The notes: generated from the sequence alone by a model not told the origin. Shown: positions 25,219-38,915, counted from the whole stretch's first letter. The stretch is DNA of 62,035 nt, filler included, from Rhabdomonas costata (GCA_019059605.1; 27 parts of 27 records of this genome joined end to end with filler, not necessarily neighbours in it); one strand, 5' to 3'. Translations and numbers: made by a program.

Positions 25219-27686
25219 GCAGAACNNNNNNNNNNNNNNNNNNNNNNNNNNNNNNNNNNNNNNNNNNNNTTAATTAATTAANNNNNNNNNNNNNNNNNNN
25301 NNNNNNNNNNNNNNNNNNNNNNNNNACCTTAGGAACCGAGTAGCACGCGGAAGAAAAAGGGAACAAAGAAGGCAACTCCATATTTATTGAACGCATTTTT
25401 CTCAGCCTGCTTGAGTTCTTGTTTGAAGTCTGGGGCGAGAACCCAAGGTCACCCAGACGCCCTCCTCAGTGAATTGAGGCTCCCAGGTGTTAGCAGTGTT
25501 AGCAGGACACGAGGGATATGCCATCTTTTACTGCGCAGGCTCAATCACTTCACACAAACGCAACAGGCGCCTAACGAGCATGCACATCACTATATTTTAC
25601 CAGAAACCGGTCAAACAAAATAGAAAAAAGGTATAGAAACATACAGCATCGCCGGCATTTTTAGGATTCTGTTGCGCTCGAGAAAGCAGGAAGGCACAAC
25701 CTTTTTTAACTGCACCCAGATGAGCCAAGATTACACATGTCAATTGAAGGTTTTGGGGTCCTGCATCAACTCTTCAAAGGAGCTTTTTCTTTTTTCTGCT
25801 TTTTTTTTTGCCCTTTCAGCGCTGAAAAGCCTTTTTCCAAAAGTTTTTGTCATAAAAAACACTCTTTACTATTAGTATTTGGCTTTCCTTCTGCCCGCCA
25901 TATGGCAGAGGAGACGCGGGCCTCTTTCCTATTAATCTTCGGTCCTTTCTTCTGCAGCAGGTCAGTGTTGCGGTACCCGAGGAGCGCCGCCGTGCCTCAG
26001 AGGTCAGGAGAGGTCTGATGAGGAGTTGGGTCACACTAAGCGTGGTTCGGGCAGCGACTAGCGCCCAAAAAAAGTGCATTTCCAGCCAAATTCTTGGGAG
26101 GGGTCGAAATTGCAAATCTTGCAGGTTGCACTTTTTCCCGGCCGTGCCTCTTTGCCTTTTGTTTCGTGTGTCTGTCCCCTCACCTGCGTCTCTGCTCGTG
26201 CGCCTTCCGCGAACAATGGTACTATTTTTGGTGTAGCATCAGTCATTATTCAGTTCTGCTGGGCACTGCCACTCTTCCGAGTTTCACTCAGCTCTCCTCT
26301 CCGTTCTTTCATTTCCAGAACTTTGGAGCCTGATTCTTCTAGCTTCTTTGTCCCCCCCCATACGGTCATCGAACTTTCTGCAATTTCTTGCCGACCGTTT
26401 GCATCGGACTACGAGTCCCTATCTATCAGATCTATGAGTAGGTCACCGCCTAGAGTCATATCTGTCAGTCCCTACGGGCCCTATTGAGGAAAACAATGGA
26501 TTGGGAGTTCGGGAACTTTTAATTTTGAAAATGTGTTTTATGTCTTGCTTGAAAAACCACGCTCTGGAACCTTTTGAGCAGTCCTCGCTGTTTTCTCGGC
26601 GCTGCACATAAACAGCAAAACAGTCCAGTCCAAAGGCCCCCACACAAACTGCCACGCACTCTCGTAAGTTACCAGTCAGGGCAGGGGGCCCCTTTTGCAA
26701 AAACTGTGTCTGGCTTCCGCGGCAGCCGCAAGCAAGGTGCAACAGGCCAGGTCCTCTTCTCTGCGCCGGAAGGCTGGGGGGGGGGGTTGGTAAAACATTA
26801 ATTTTGGTTTCTGGGATGAACGATGCCAAAAAGTGTGAGTCCGAAAATTTTAGGTTTTTCCTTGTCAACTTTTTGGCCGTATTGCGCAACTGCTGGACAG
26901 AGAGCAGTGCTCCTCTCCTCTTTCTTGCAGTGGTCTACCATTTAGATATTCCCGTTCCTCCCCCTGTCTTCCGGGTTGTTGCCTTTGCCCCCGGACGTGT
27001 TAACCGCTTTTTCAGTTCATTTCCAGCCAAGTTCTTGGGAGCGCTAGTCGCTGTTTCACCGGTGCCAGAAAGCAATTGTTTCAAACAGTTATTCATTGGT
27101 CAACTTCCCCTACTAACTTCCCCTACTTGCTAATCCTCAACTGCGCTCGTGCTCAATCGACTTCAAAGCTGATTGTGTTCGAAATTTGGGAAATTCAGAA
27201 AATAAGTATGATAGAAGACGAATCATGCAATGAACACTGAATTGCAAGGAGCACTAAAGAAAACGGAAGCTTTACACCAAGTAATTGAGTGATTGGGTGG
27301 CTTGTTTTACTGGTGGTTTGGTCCCCAGTCCAGTGTGTGGTTAAATAAACAGCGCTGAACCAAGTGTAACTAACTAACTGACACACTTCATGGAAGGTGT
27401 ATTTCTTTTGCCATTCGCAGTCAAAAGTGTCACACTTCAGGTTTAGACACTCAGATGTCATGCAAGGCGTCAAAACGGCAGCCAAAGGTATTCAACTTGG
27501 GCTTTATCTCCATGACACACAAACCCNNNNNNNNNNNNNNNNNNNNNNNNNNNNNNNNNNNNNNNNNNNNTTAATTAATTAANNNNNNNNNNNNNNNNNN
27601 NNNNNNNNNNNNNNNNNNNNNNNNNNTCGTTGCCATCCCGAGGGAGGAGATCTCCCGAGAAGAGAGCGGAGGTGGTGGTGGCCGGA

Positions 27687-29784
27687 ATGGCAATGGCTGA
27701 GGCTCCGAACTGGTCGCTGCTCTCCACGCTTGACTTCCAGGTTTCTCAAGGCCCTCGCCCCCCTTTTGGCTTGGCTGATTCCTGGAACTTCGCCCTCTTC
27801 GTCCCTACTGAGCCCTGTCGGAACATTTTCCTTTCATGCGTTGATGCGGGTGAGTTTAGGTTTCAATCTGTGCTGATGCCCTTGCTTCTTTGGTCTCCGC
27901 CTTCTTTCGGTTGCAGGCCATTGACGAGATGGATCCTTCCCTCGCAGACGGACACCGCATAATTTATGACAGGGAGGTTCCATTTGAACTCCGAACCCAG
28001 GTTGCGTCACCCCAAACCCCCCCGCCGTCGATGCATTGCTTCCCTGATCACTTCTTTACTGTAACAGTCTAAATTAAGGACTTTCGTTACCTGCGCTGAA
28101 GCACAGGTTGCCAAGCGGATCCAAGCAATCCCGTTGCCCGCTGCGGCAGGGTCAGTATTCAACTTTTAGCGCTGATGTTGCCAACCCATTTATCGCCCGG
28201 TCTTTGTTCCGTGCTGGCACACACATACCCACACCCTTTACTGCTCGCCAACTAGTTTAAATTTGTGTTCTCTCCTTTCCTTCTTCTCCTATTTCTTGCC
28301 TTTTTGCGCCGCTTGAAAACGCAGTGCCTTGCTCCTGAAATTTGATGTGCAGTTTGTTCACTTGTGGCGATTTCGTGGTGTTGCTTTTCTTTTCGTGGCA
28401 GTTAATTTTCCTGTTTTTTTTTCACCGGTACTCCTCTCCTCTTTACATCTGTATTACCGTTGAGTGCGCCGGACTTTGAAGAATGTTCCTGTTTTGTTTT
28501 GTTCAGGAGAATGCGGATCGGCCCCATGAGCTGGGGACGATGGAGGGGGTGAAGGTTAAGATCTTGACCCTGGGCGATGACCGGCAGCAGGTCTCGCTGC
28601 GGGTGGAGCTCACCACGGAGAGCGACCTGTTCTTCCACTACACCTGCAGCGTCAACGGGGCGGGGTTCCGGCAGCTCAAGGAGGAGCAGAGGCTGGTGTG
28701 CGAGTTCCCGGAGTTCTCCAGCTTTCTGGTCAAGCTGCTGAACCGCTGCATCAAGGCACCCCGCACACGCATTTCGCTTTTTGCTTTATCTTTCTTGTTT
28801 GGGGTGTGCAGCACTGGAACTTGCTTAAAAAGAATAGCCTGCGAAACTCGCCAGAAGGGAACTTGGATGTTTTGAATAGAGGTGGGTTGACCTACTGCAA
28901 TGTATTACGTTCGTGCGCGTTGACTCCTGCCAAGGGCCCGGAGAAAAAACCGATAGCGCTTTTGTCTTTTCTAGTTTCCACAGTTTGGTTGAGAGGAGGA
29001 CATACATACACTTAACGCCGTCACGAGAAAACTGAGAAACTGTCTCTGGTTTGACGAGAAAGAAATACTGGGTCTGTAAGCACTTTCAATTCTCTGTAAT
29101 GGTCTGTCTCCACAGCTCAGGTATGGGGTGTTTTTGGTCTTTCGCCGTCGACATCCCCTTCCAATTTTGCCCGTCCCAGAAAAGTTGAAATCAGAATTCT
29201 GGATCCCACATTGTTGCAAATGCGCTAATCATTCGGGACACTTGCCTTTTTGAAACCGTGAAAAGGCATCGGGAACTATATGCTCTTTTCATTTCTCTTG
29301 TTTTTGGGTTAGAGCGCGATGCAAGCGTGATTCTGTCCTATTTTGTGCTGTTTCTGAGGTATCTGAGAGAAATGGTAGATTTCGACCCCATTGTGGCTTG
29401 TGCTTTTTTGCGTAGTGGCTTTTCGTTGTTGTTCCAGCCCCACTATAATGCGTTGATTACTTCCGGCATTGTGTCGAGCCTTGTTGATCACGTCACGCGT
29501 GGAAAAAAATAGGAGCCTTTTCGGAAGGCATGAGGTGGGGTTTGTATCCCTATTCCGACACTCAAGTCCTTTCCCAAAGGATGAAGTACCTTTTTAGAAT
29601 GAGTTTGGTTTCGCTTTGCAATGCTCTGTTGGCGTTTTGAGGTCAGAAGGCATGGACAGCACTTCTGTTGGGGTTGCCCACCTCTCCATCTTCTTCTCAG
29701 GAGCCTCAAAACTTCCTGGCCGCGCTGATCGTCACCAGCGACGGCAATGCTGTGCTGGAGTTTGTGCAGAACATGGAGTACAAG
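27687..29784 (+). CDS. SAS6L: SAS-6-like protein (SAS-6 N-terminal head domain); exons 27687-27740, 27917-28000, 28507-28755, 29701-29784
   Basis: Spliced product: LDFQ|AIDEMDPSLADGHRIIYDREVPFELRTQ|...LRVELTTESDLFFHY...LKEEQRLVCEFPEF...LLNRCIK|EPQNFLAALIVTSDGNAVLEFVQNMEYK. It has the PISA-type motif and the DPS.ADGH..YDREVPFELR N-terminus recalled for SAS6L. Confidence 0.88.
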
Positions 29785-30147
29785 GTTTGCCCTTCCCCTA
29801 CCCCTTCTCGTGCCATCTCGGTACTCNNNNNNNNNNNNNNNNNNNNNNNNNNNNNNNNNNNNNNNNNNNNTTAATTAATTAANNNNNNNNNNNNNNNNNN
29901 NNNNNNNNNNNNNNNNNNNNNNNNNNGTGGTTGGTGTGTAACTTTCTACCGTTCTGCCCGCGGCCTGCTCGATGTTTTTAACAGCATGGAATGATAGTAT
30001 CGAATTAAGTCAGGCGCCCTTTAGATTATCTGGCAGTTGAGTTGTTTTTCTCTTAAAGGACCAGTGACGATGCCTGGCAGCCGTTTTGACATGCTCGCTA
30101 AGGTTCCAGTTGCGTGGTCGGTAACGTGTGGTGTTTTTCTTTTGCAG

Positions 30148-32110
30148 GTCAGACTACTCTCACGGTTGCTCGGGTGACTCGGAAGACGGATGGCGAAACT
30201 TGCTCCGTCAGCATGCCGCTATCTTGTTCTCCAAGTTCAGGACTCCGAAAACCATCGCGGACTGTGAGATTCCAGAAGGGCTGGAGGTGGCGCAGCACCA
30301 GCCAGGCACCGTCCGATTTTCCATGTACGGCCTGTCCCGCTCCGTCCCTGGAGAGTTGTCCCGGTCCCCGCTGTTTGCAAAGGATATTCAGAAATTACTG
30401 CCTAAGAGCTTCCTGCGAACACTGGTCAGGCTGGTCTTTGCGTTATTTCCGAAGGAGCCCGCCAGCGGTTCGTCGTGCAAGGGCTCATTTCCCCTTCCTG
30501 AGCCTGTCCTCCTCATGGGGCCCACCTCCTACAAAAGTCTCTTGGTGGAAACCTTGGCGCGAATCGTATTTGTTAATTGGCAGTATGCCCTGAGAGTGAT
30601 TCCGCTGTCCCCCAAAACGGAGACCGACACGATAATCGGGGCCCTCCAGCCCTTCACGTGGCGCAGACTGCTTCTTTACATCGCAGTGGTGATCCGCAAT
30701 GCCGCCGCTGCCGCCATTACCACAACCCCAGACTTCGCTGCACTTGTGGAACGCCTCACGACGACCTGTGAAAAGCTGGAACGCGCGTACTTCTCCCAGC
30801 AGAAGGCCAAAGCTACTGAAGCAGAGCACGGCATCCCGAAGGAGTCCCAGCAGAAGGCCGGAGCTGTGGATGCTGTTTCTGCGCTCGTAGACCCAATTGC
30901 AGAAGCAGAGCGAACTCTCGTAAAGGAGATTCGTGAAGTGCGGGAAGGTTTAATTTCTCCCCAGCTGCAGGCGTTGGCCCGGAATTTTCCCGAGACCGAG
31001 GAAAAGTACGAACAGCACAAGCAGCACTACTGGTTCCGCGCGAGCCCCCTAGTGGAGGCCGTGCATTCTGGCGGGCTCGTGGAACTGCAGGACATGAATT
31101 TGGTCAACTCAGCCAACCTGGAGCGGTTGAATTCTCTGCTAGAGGTGGACCCAGTGCTGACGCTTAGTGAAGACCCCGGGTCGAGGGCCGAGGGAGTTAC
31201 GATTTCTCCCTACTTTTGGGTTGTTGCGACAGTTCGTACCCGTGGAGGGGTGGCGACGCCCGAGGTGGCGGAACCCTTTGCATCACGAATGACCACGATC
31301 CTTGCAGAGTACGACGACTGCGAGCTGGCAAATGTGCTGGAAATTGCAGCCCGCCTTGAGATTCGAGCCAGCCATTTGGCCTTTGATGAAGAAAAAGCAG
31401 TGAAAAGCCTCCGCGTCCTCCATGAGGGCTATCGGAACATCAGAGCAAGCTCAGATCGCCAGTTGGCGATGGGTGAACTGACTGTGAGTCAGCTGGTGCG
31501 TTGGCCCCTCTTTCTTCGAGTTCGATTTCACAATGTTGCTCACAATGCCATAGAAGCTGCGCTTCTTCTCGGCATGCGCTTCTTGAGTTTCGACTCGCTT
31601 CCTTCAACCGGTGCCTCGCCCGACCTGATCAAGGAGATTAGTAATCAACTCATATCACAATGTCTTCCTCAGGCGTCCCTCGCATGGGTTTTTGATAATC
31701 CTGCGGAGGAAGACTTGAAGGATCCCTACCGTCACGAAAAAGCTACGATCTTCTTGTCATATTTGAATATTGTCATTCCCAACAGCGGCAGTGTCGCGAA
31801 GCTCCCCGCCCATGATGAGCTTCAGATGGTGCCTTCTCTGCTGCACAACCTTGCCCGTGGTCTCTGCGCATTCTACACTGGCCTCCCGCTGCTTTTGAGC
31901 GGTCCCTGTGCGACAGGGAAGACTGTTTGTGTGAAGGAGCTGGTACGCCTCATGGGCGGCACGGTGGTTTCCATTCATTGCTCTGGCGATTTCACTGAGC
32001 ACGAGTTCAAGGGAAGCTTTGTGCCAGTTGGAAACAGCTTCGACTGGCAGCCTTCCGTCCTGGTGGAGGCCTATGCCACCCATGCCAACGGGGCTGCGTC
32101 ATTCACAATC
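30148..32110 (+). CDS. Midasin/dynein-related tandem AAA+ (AAA_5-type) ATPase, partial 2-kb exon
   Basis: Two consecutive AAA modules: PVLLMGPTSYKS...IIGALQP...SPLVEAVHSGGLVELQDMNL...LERLNSLLE...SRMT, then PLLLSGPCATGKT...FKGSFVP..FDWQPSVLVEA. Confidence 0.85.
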
Positions 32111-32289
32111 GACACCCCACCACCAACNNNNNNNNNNNNNNNNNNNNNNNNNNNNNNNNNNNNNNNNNNNNTTAATTAATTAANNNNNNNNNNNNNNNNN
32201 NNNNNNNNNNNNNNNNNNNNNNNNNNNGGGTGTTGGTGATTGAGCTTCCACTTTGAGGAAATTTCCTTACCTGCAACATTTATTCACAG

Positions 32290-33851
32290 TTTGAACTTGT
32301 CCCACCCCTGGAAACGCGCCATGCTGTTGTGGAAGCGGCCAGGCACAGCAAGTCCGACGCCCCGGAGAGGCGACCTGGACTTCACGCGGTCGCTGCTCAG
32401 AGCTTCCGCCCCGGCGGGCGAGCAATTCATGGTGCAGCTGTTCTCTAGCTACTGGAAGCTTTTCTTCGGTGACATTGAGAGCACCTTTCCAGGGTGGCGA
32501 ATGCTGGCAAAGGGTCGCTGTGACGGGGCAGTTTAGCAGTGCGTGCCAGGTAAGGAAAGACAAACGCAATCGGCATGGGGAAACATGCCCACACCTCAAT
32601 ATACACCAAGCATATACACCGTGAGGTAACCGAAACTACCACCAATGACCAACATCATAGCCCTTACCCTACCAGCCCATGCCAAACACATGCTCACTCA
32701 CTCACGTTTCTTTACTTTGCTCTCCAGTGTACACTTTCAGTGCTTTTTGTATTTGTCTGTAACTACACACATATCAATGGACTGCCACTCTGTTACCTTG
32801 AACAGGGTTTGGGTCCAAGCCACCCGCGTGAAGCAGAACCGCCACAACCTTCACATCAATACCCAAGGAGTTCCCAGACGTCCTTTACTTCGACTTTCCC
32901 CTAGGGACGTGGGACCAGCGGGGCTTCCGAACTTCCAGACGGACGATTTTGCCTCCGAAATCCTACCCTGGCTTTATCTTGGTAGCGCGAAAGACGCCGC
33001 TGACTTCGATTTCCTTATGAGGCATAACATTCGCTACATCGTGAACGTGACCAAGGAAGTGGACAACAGCGAGGTTGAGGCCAAAGGATTTCAGTGCGTG
33101 AAGCTCAATCTTGACGACACGTCGGACTCGCCCATCGCGCAGTACTTCGAATCAACCCGTCGGCTGATTGAAGATGCCCGTTCAAGGCATTGCGCTGTGC
33201 TCGTTCACTGCAGGTAAGAATTATGTTGGTTTTGTGTGCCCCAATACCTCATGATTCTTCGCTTCGTGTCGAAAGGTGTTTCTTCTACTCTGGTTATTTC
33301 CCACCATCCTTCTGGTTTGCTTTGGTTGCTGTTGCTAAGGCGGGGCATCAGTCGCAGCGCAGCTCTGGTGATTGCCTACGTGATGGCTCACATGAGCACG
33401 ACGTTTGACGTGGCCTTCGACTTTGTTAAGAAGCGTCGAGGTATCGCATCTTGTCTTGAGGAGACGAAAAAGCTCCAAATAAAAATGTGAAGTGGCCACA
33501 TGGGTCAACAAAGCGAAGGTCCCGATGGGGCATGCTTCCGTCAAGGTTTCGGACGCAGCATGCACTGTAGGGGGCACAAGGCAAGAATTTTCCCCAATTA
33601 GACTCCTTTCGATTAACCGGTCGCCAGGAACTCTGTCAGCAACTTTACAGATTAGGAATTGGGTTGTTTTGCTGCTGCCAGAGTTGGTTCTGTCCTCTTC
33701 AGGCATCATCAACCCGAACCTTGGCTTTGTGTTGGCCCTGGAATCACTGAGCGCGAGAGGGGAAAGCTCTCCGACCTCCTCGATGGACTCCCAGGATGAC
33801 GGGATATCCTCCGAAGACTCCCGAGACGGCGAGGGTGCTCCATTGAGCTAA
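32290..33851 (+). CDS. Dual-specificity protein phosphatase, C-terminal part; exons 32290-32493, 32905-33213, 33340-33440, 33703-33851
   Basis: Motifs SEILPWLYLGS, IRYIVNVT and catalytic VLVHCR|RGISRSAALVIAYVM, then KKRRG|IINPNLGF and a stop at 33849-33851. Confidence 0.95.
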
Positions 33852-34833
33852 TGAATGGCCGGGGGGGGGGGTGTTTATTCCATGCGCATTCTCGTTGTGC
33901 CCCATTGTAACCTATCTCCTCCGTCACCCCACGCTCTTCTCGCTCCACCTGCTTTCCTTGGTCATCCACACGCATCCGGGCTCTGCACATCAACGATCTC
34001 GTTTGTTGTCTCAGCGGTTCCAGGCGTTTGAGAAGTGGAAGCAGCAATTGGTGACGCGTGGATGAGGAATCTAGGAAGTTTTGGCGAAAGGGGGAGTCGA
34101 GCGACATAAATGGAGAGTGAGTGTGGTCCCAAGCCAACGCACGGAGAGGGTGAACGTGGTGTGCCCAGAAGTAGCTCAAGGAGATAGCAGGAAGATCTGG
34201 GATGTTCACCACCACCCATCAGCAGAAACAAACCCGAAATTGGCAAGGATGCTCTCTTTCCCACCATCAGTCGCCGAAGATGCTTCATTTAAGTAAATAC
34301 CCCACCACCACCACATCAGAAACACAATTTATTAGTTAGTGTTTCCATGATGTCAACGTCTTTTGATCAAATGGAGAACCCCCCAACCAAAACACCAAGT
34401 TTGTGTTATTTCCTCCCTCCCCCCACCCNNNNNNNNNNNNNNNNNNNNNNNNNNNNNNNNNNNNNNNNNNNNTTAATTAATTAANNNNNNNNNNNNNNNN
34501 NNNNNNNNNNNNNNNNNNNNNNNNNNNNGTACGTATACTGCAATCAAAACAAAAGAAGCATGCGGTGGAAAGGAAACGGAGAGCTCGCACAGAGCTTCGG
34601 AGAGTGAAAACGCACAGAAGAAAAAGCGCTGAGGCAGGATAAGGGGGGCAGATTGGGGGATTCACAGGTGTAGGCATAGGTGAAGAAGGTTGGCAGGGGC
34701 GTGAAGGTTGGCGTTGTGTTTGTGTGGGTTGTGTTTGTGTGTGTGTGTGTGTTGAGCGCAGAGCGCACTGGCTGGCGTTGTAATGTCGAGTCTCCTCTTC
34801 AATGCGGGCAGTAGGTTGTGCGGTTTTCCGCAG

Positions 34834-35718
34834 ATTTGCCTGAAGCGGGACTTGCCCGTGACGAAGCGGGTGAAGCAGCTTCTGGATCGGTCGCGGAATC
34901 TTCGTTTGAAGGAGACCGAGACAGGGGAGGCGACCAAGCAGGAGGTCGCCCCTCGCTCGCACCTTCTCAACTTGTAACGGCTGTGTCCGACCCCAGCTGT
35001 AGTCAATACACAAACACATTTCACCCTATCTCACTTCACACCCTTGACACAAATTCCAGCAATCATTTATATTTTTGTGGCCACCCCCGCTTCCCTCGAT
35101 CGCGAACCGGAAATGAGGTCGCGCGTACTGCGCACGTGGACAACAGCGATGAGTGATGTTTCGAGACACTGCCTTTTTGTGGAAGGAGACGGACGTTTCT
35201 GAAGGAAAGGGTAAGTTTTCAGCTGACATAGCGCCCCCCCCTCCCTCCCTGCAGCCAGTCACATCTCGACGGGAGAGGTTATTTAGACCTCAAGGTATCC
35301 CAGTGTTTAGCTGTAAAATCCACCCATTTCAATCAACTGGGTTCCAACACCCGTGGAGGAGGAGGGGGAGGAGGTAGTTAGGTCATTTTTGTTTGTGAGC
35401 TCATGGCTTTTCACGTTTATTCAGTTGCAGTTTGGGCAGGGGTAGATCTTCACAGGGTTCTTGCAGTCTTGTTTTCATTGGCCGTGGTTTTTTTCGGAAG
35501 AGCACTAAGTATGGTGATCATCGTGGCGTGCTCCATGTAAACGTACAGGATTGCTCCCTCCTTTCATTTCTCTTCTCTCCGTCCTCTGGGCAGTTTGATG
35601 CGGGGAAGATGATCAAGAAGGTCGTGTGGACCCCTGCCAGGCTGTCTGAGCTGAAGTTCGAGAAGGACTTTTCCGAGAGCACTCTCCGACCTGTAGCTAG
35701 AAGCTCCAAGGCTATTCA
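34834..35718 (+). CDS. Hypothetical protein, probable exons 34834-34944 and 35594-35719
   Basis: GC3-rich, charged segments flanked by CAG acceptors and GT donors. No family recognised. Confidence 0.3.
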
Positions 35719-36119
35719 GGTGCAACCTGGCTACCATCTCTGGTTACTTGGGTTACCAGTATTCTTGGAATAGGAATAGGCAAAAACTCGTAGCAAGAGC
35801 AAAAACGAAAGCTTTCAAGCAGTCAATGAAGGAACACACTGGTGAAACAAGACAACAGCAGCAACTACAACCCCCAGAAACGCCCACACACTCCGGCCGA
35901 GGCCCCACTGGGAACCTCCCGAACTTGTCGGGAGTCTCAATGTGCTGAAGGCAAAGAGTTAGGAAACAACAACAAACCCTGGAGGGGAAGCATTGGTCCA
36001 GTGGTTGGTAGAGTTTCCGAGTGGGAAGAAGAGAGTGGCCAAAGGTCGGGTGTCACCAACTGTCCTCGTCTCCAGCCCTCGGCTTCGATTTAGGCTTAAG
36101 GTGCGAATAGCATTGCCAA

Positions 36120-36340
36120 ATGTCAGCATCCTCATCATCAGCGCATCTTCGCCAGCATCCACCATCAGTGTCGGTCCCCACAGTGTCTACCGGGCATCCA
36201 ATCTCGCCCTTGGCATCGCCAGCAGACCCGTGCGCGAGCCAGCCTGATGAAGACCAGGCCGAGGCAGAGTCCAGGACCTTCCACACTGCAGTGCAAGCGA
36301 TGCTTTCCTATGAGGCACACTCCATGGCGGTCTTGGAAAG
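36120..36340 (+). CDS. First exon of a possible carnosine N-methyltransferase-like (N2227) protein
   Basis: ATG, an S/P-rich leader, then DEDQAEAESRTFHTAVQAMLSYEAHSMAVLER, reminiscent of the N-terminal helix of CARNMT1. Ends AG|GT. Short and tentative. Confidence 0.3.
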
Positions 36341-36995
36341 GTGTGATTTGCCTTCAGCGGTTTTGGTTCTTCCCCCCACTGTCTGTGTGTTTCCTCAGCA
36401 ACATGGGATAACTGTAGATACTGAAAGACCTCTACAGCATCTGAGCCTCATTCACGCACTGTGTGTTCCAGTGTGCCTTTTCTTCGTCTTGTTTTCGTTA
36501 GGGTGAGCCCTGGACCGAAGTTTTCGGTTCGTGGTAGCACAATGACGCTGTGCCTTGTGCTGCGGTTTCTGTGACGTAGAACGTACACGACTTTTACTTA
36601 GTGCACTGCAATTGAGACAAAACCATCGGTCTTCTTCCCGACGAGTGTTTGTATGTATCGAAAGCAAACCTTTATGTTAAATACACACATACATCCCCAA
36701 CATCCCCAACATAAATCCCCAAAATCANNNNNNNNNNNNNNNNNNNNNNNNNNNNNNNNNNNNNNNNNNNNTTAATTAATTAANNNNNNNNNNNNNNNNN
36801 NNNNNNNNNNNNNNNNNNNNNNNNNNNAAGGGGGAGGCGCTGTCAGCTGCAAGTTGGTTTCATCTTTCGAGGCTTTTCGTCTGATCATGCAAACACCACA
36901 AAACGAGAACGTAAATGCTCAGAATGCAACTGCATTTAATTCCAGGTGCTGTGATTGGTTTTGGCTGAAGGTCCACTTCTGATTATATCCCGCAG

Positions 36996-38688
36996 CGGTG
37001 AGGGTCACTTCGAAGGGGGACTACGAGATGGACGTCGTCACGCTGGTGTTTTCTCATGGTCCCGCCTCGAGAACTCCCGCGAGAGTAGCTGAGAATGGGC
37101 CGTCCGGCCAGTCCGCTGCCCCAGAGCTGGTGTACTCCACCACAGCAGTGTTCCTGATCCGCGGCCCCAAGCGAAAGGAGCCCAAGCGGAAGCCTACATC
37201 CCCAACCCCAGCTTCGCCACTGTCCGTGCCTGAGCAGGTGCGAAGTGGGAATGGGTGAATGGGATGGGGTGGGTGGTCTGCTCATTCGCTGTCCTCAAGG
37301 CCATATTGGTTCAGATCAAAATTTTGGGCTTCCTTTGGGCAGGCTTGGCAGGATAGCATCGTGTCATGGAAGGATTTGTACGTTCCTCGCGGTGGAAAGG
37401 CGGGGCGGTTTTTTTGGAAAGGGGGGAGGTTTGTATCTCCAGTCCCAAATTATTCGCATTGTTGACATCGTTATATTAAGGTTTCCGTTATACACTGCGA
37501 AAGTTGGCCTCCTTGTTGCGAAGTATTCAAAGGCTGGAAGCTTGAACTTCTTGTTTAATGAGCTGTGTGATGGTAATTTTCCTTGACCATTGCTGCCTTG
37601 CATTGGATCGGGTCAATCGTATTGGGGGAGGAGGGGAGCGTCAAGAACTAAACGTTTTTGGCTTTTGCGATTTTCCGAATTGTTGTTGCTAGACTTTGAT
37701 TGGTGATTAGATTTTTTTGGGTGCGAAGACCAACACCACGGAGGGCAAACCGCGGCGTGGCCCGAGTGGGTGGATGGGTTGGGACGTTCCATGGGGTGGG
37801 CGATACTGCGTTTACCACTGCGGTACCAAACGTAACACCCCCGGAAAAAATACAATAGGTCCCGCAGGTTCTCGATTACCTCCCTTCTTCTTTATTGAAA
37901 AAAAGAGGAAAGAAAGTTAACGTCAGAATGAATCTTGGAGTGGCAAGTAAACTACACTTGGCCTTCTGACATGCGCCAGCATCTGATGCATTGCTTGAAA
38001 ATCGGAGATGCCTTCTCATTTGCACCATTCCTGGACTATGATGATGACCCATTGTTTAAGGATTGTCCGATGGGGCTAGGGTAGTTTGGGATGAATTTTT
38101 GACAGCGCCATCAACGGTGTCACACCCCTCATGTCCCTCAAAAAGCACCATGGATCGTCAACTGCTATGCTGTGCGGCGTGAACCGCGTCTCCCTCTATC
38201 TTGCAAAACCCCTTCGTTCCTATTCCAATATTCCAATGGAGGTTCTTCGCCCACCCTGCAGTGCACTGGCTATCAGTCACGTATGCTGACCAGATGAGTC
38301 AGATACAGTATTTGGGTAGTATTTGGATAGTTCCATCGCAACGGAACCCCCTATGCTTACCGAAGGGAGTCCGGGGATTTTTGGGTTCCGAAAGGGGGTG
38401 AAATGTGTCCTTTGGGAACATGTTGATAAGCAAGAGCTAGCGAGCGATTTCCAGGGCGGGGGCCGGTCTCAGGAGTTAGTGGTTCTGCAAAAGCTTCGGC
38501 TTCCGGAGCACTTCGGGCGCCTGTTTGCGAGCATCTGCCGGGACTACAACCTGATTCACATGTGGCGACTCACTGCGCGGCTATTTGGGTTCTCTCGGCC
38601 AATCGCCCATGGGATGGCGCTAACGATGCTCGCCGTGGGGTCCGCCGAGAGGAACTCCAGCGTGACGGGGCTCCCTTCCCTCGCTAAG
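36996..38688 (+). CDS. MaoC/PhaJ-type hot-dog (R)-hydratase / acyl dehydratase, partial; exons 36996-37237, 38455-38688
   Basis: GRLFASICRDYNLIHMWRLTARLFGFSRPIAHGM matches the MaoC motif D.NP.H....A...GF..PIAHGM. Confidence 0.88.
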
Positions 38689-38915
38689 GTGCAGGATCTG
38701 CGCGCAGAGAGGAAGAGGGAGTAGGCCCTTCTCGAAATACGTACAAGAGATGCAGAGTACAAAGTACAGAAAGACATCCTAACCGTTTCAATAGGGAAGG
38801 TGACGAAGACCGGGTCAACAAAAACTGCACAACAGACAGCAAGTACCCTGCAAAAAGCAAAGCCCACTTTTGTTGAAGAGTACCGTTGAACAACTTCCGC
38901 ATTTTGAGTTCTATA

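Noticed and set aside
25326-27526. Coding exons in contig 12, and most short ORFs of the six-frame track
   Set aside because: No recognisable motifs or consistent splice phase. They are explained as intronic, UTR or antisense shadows of GC-rich exons.
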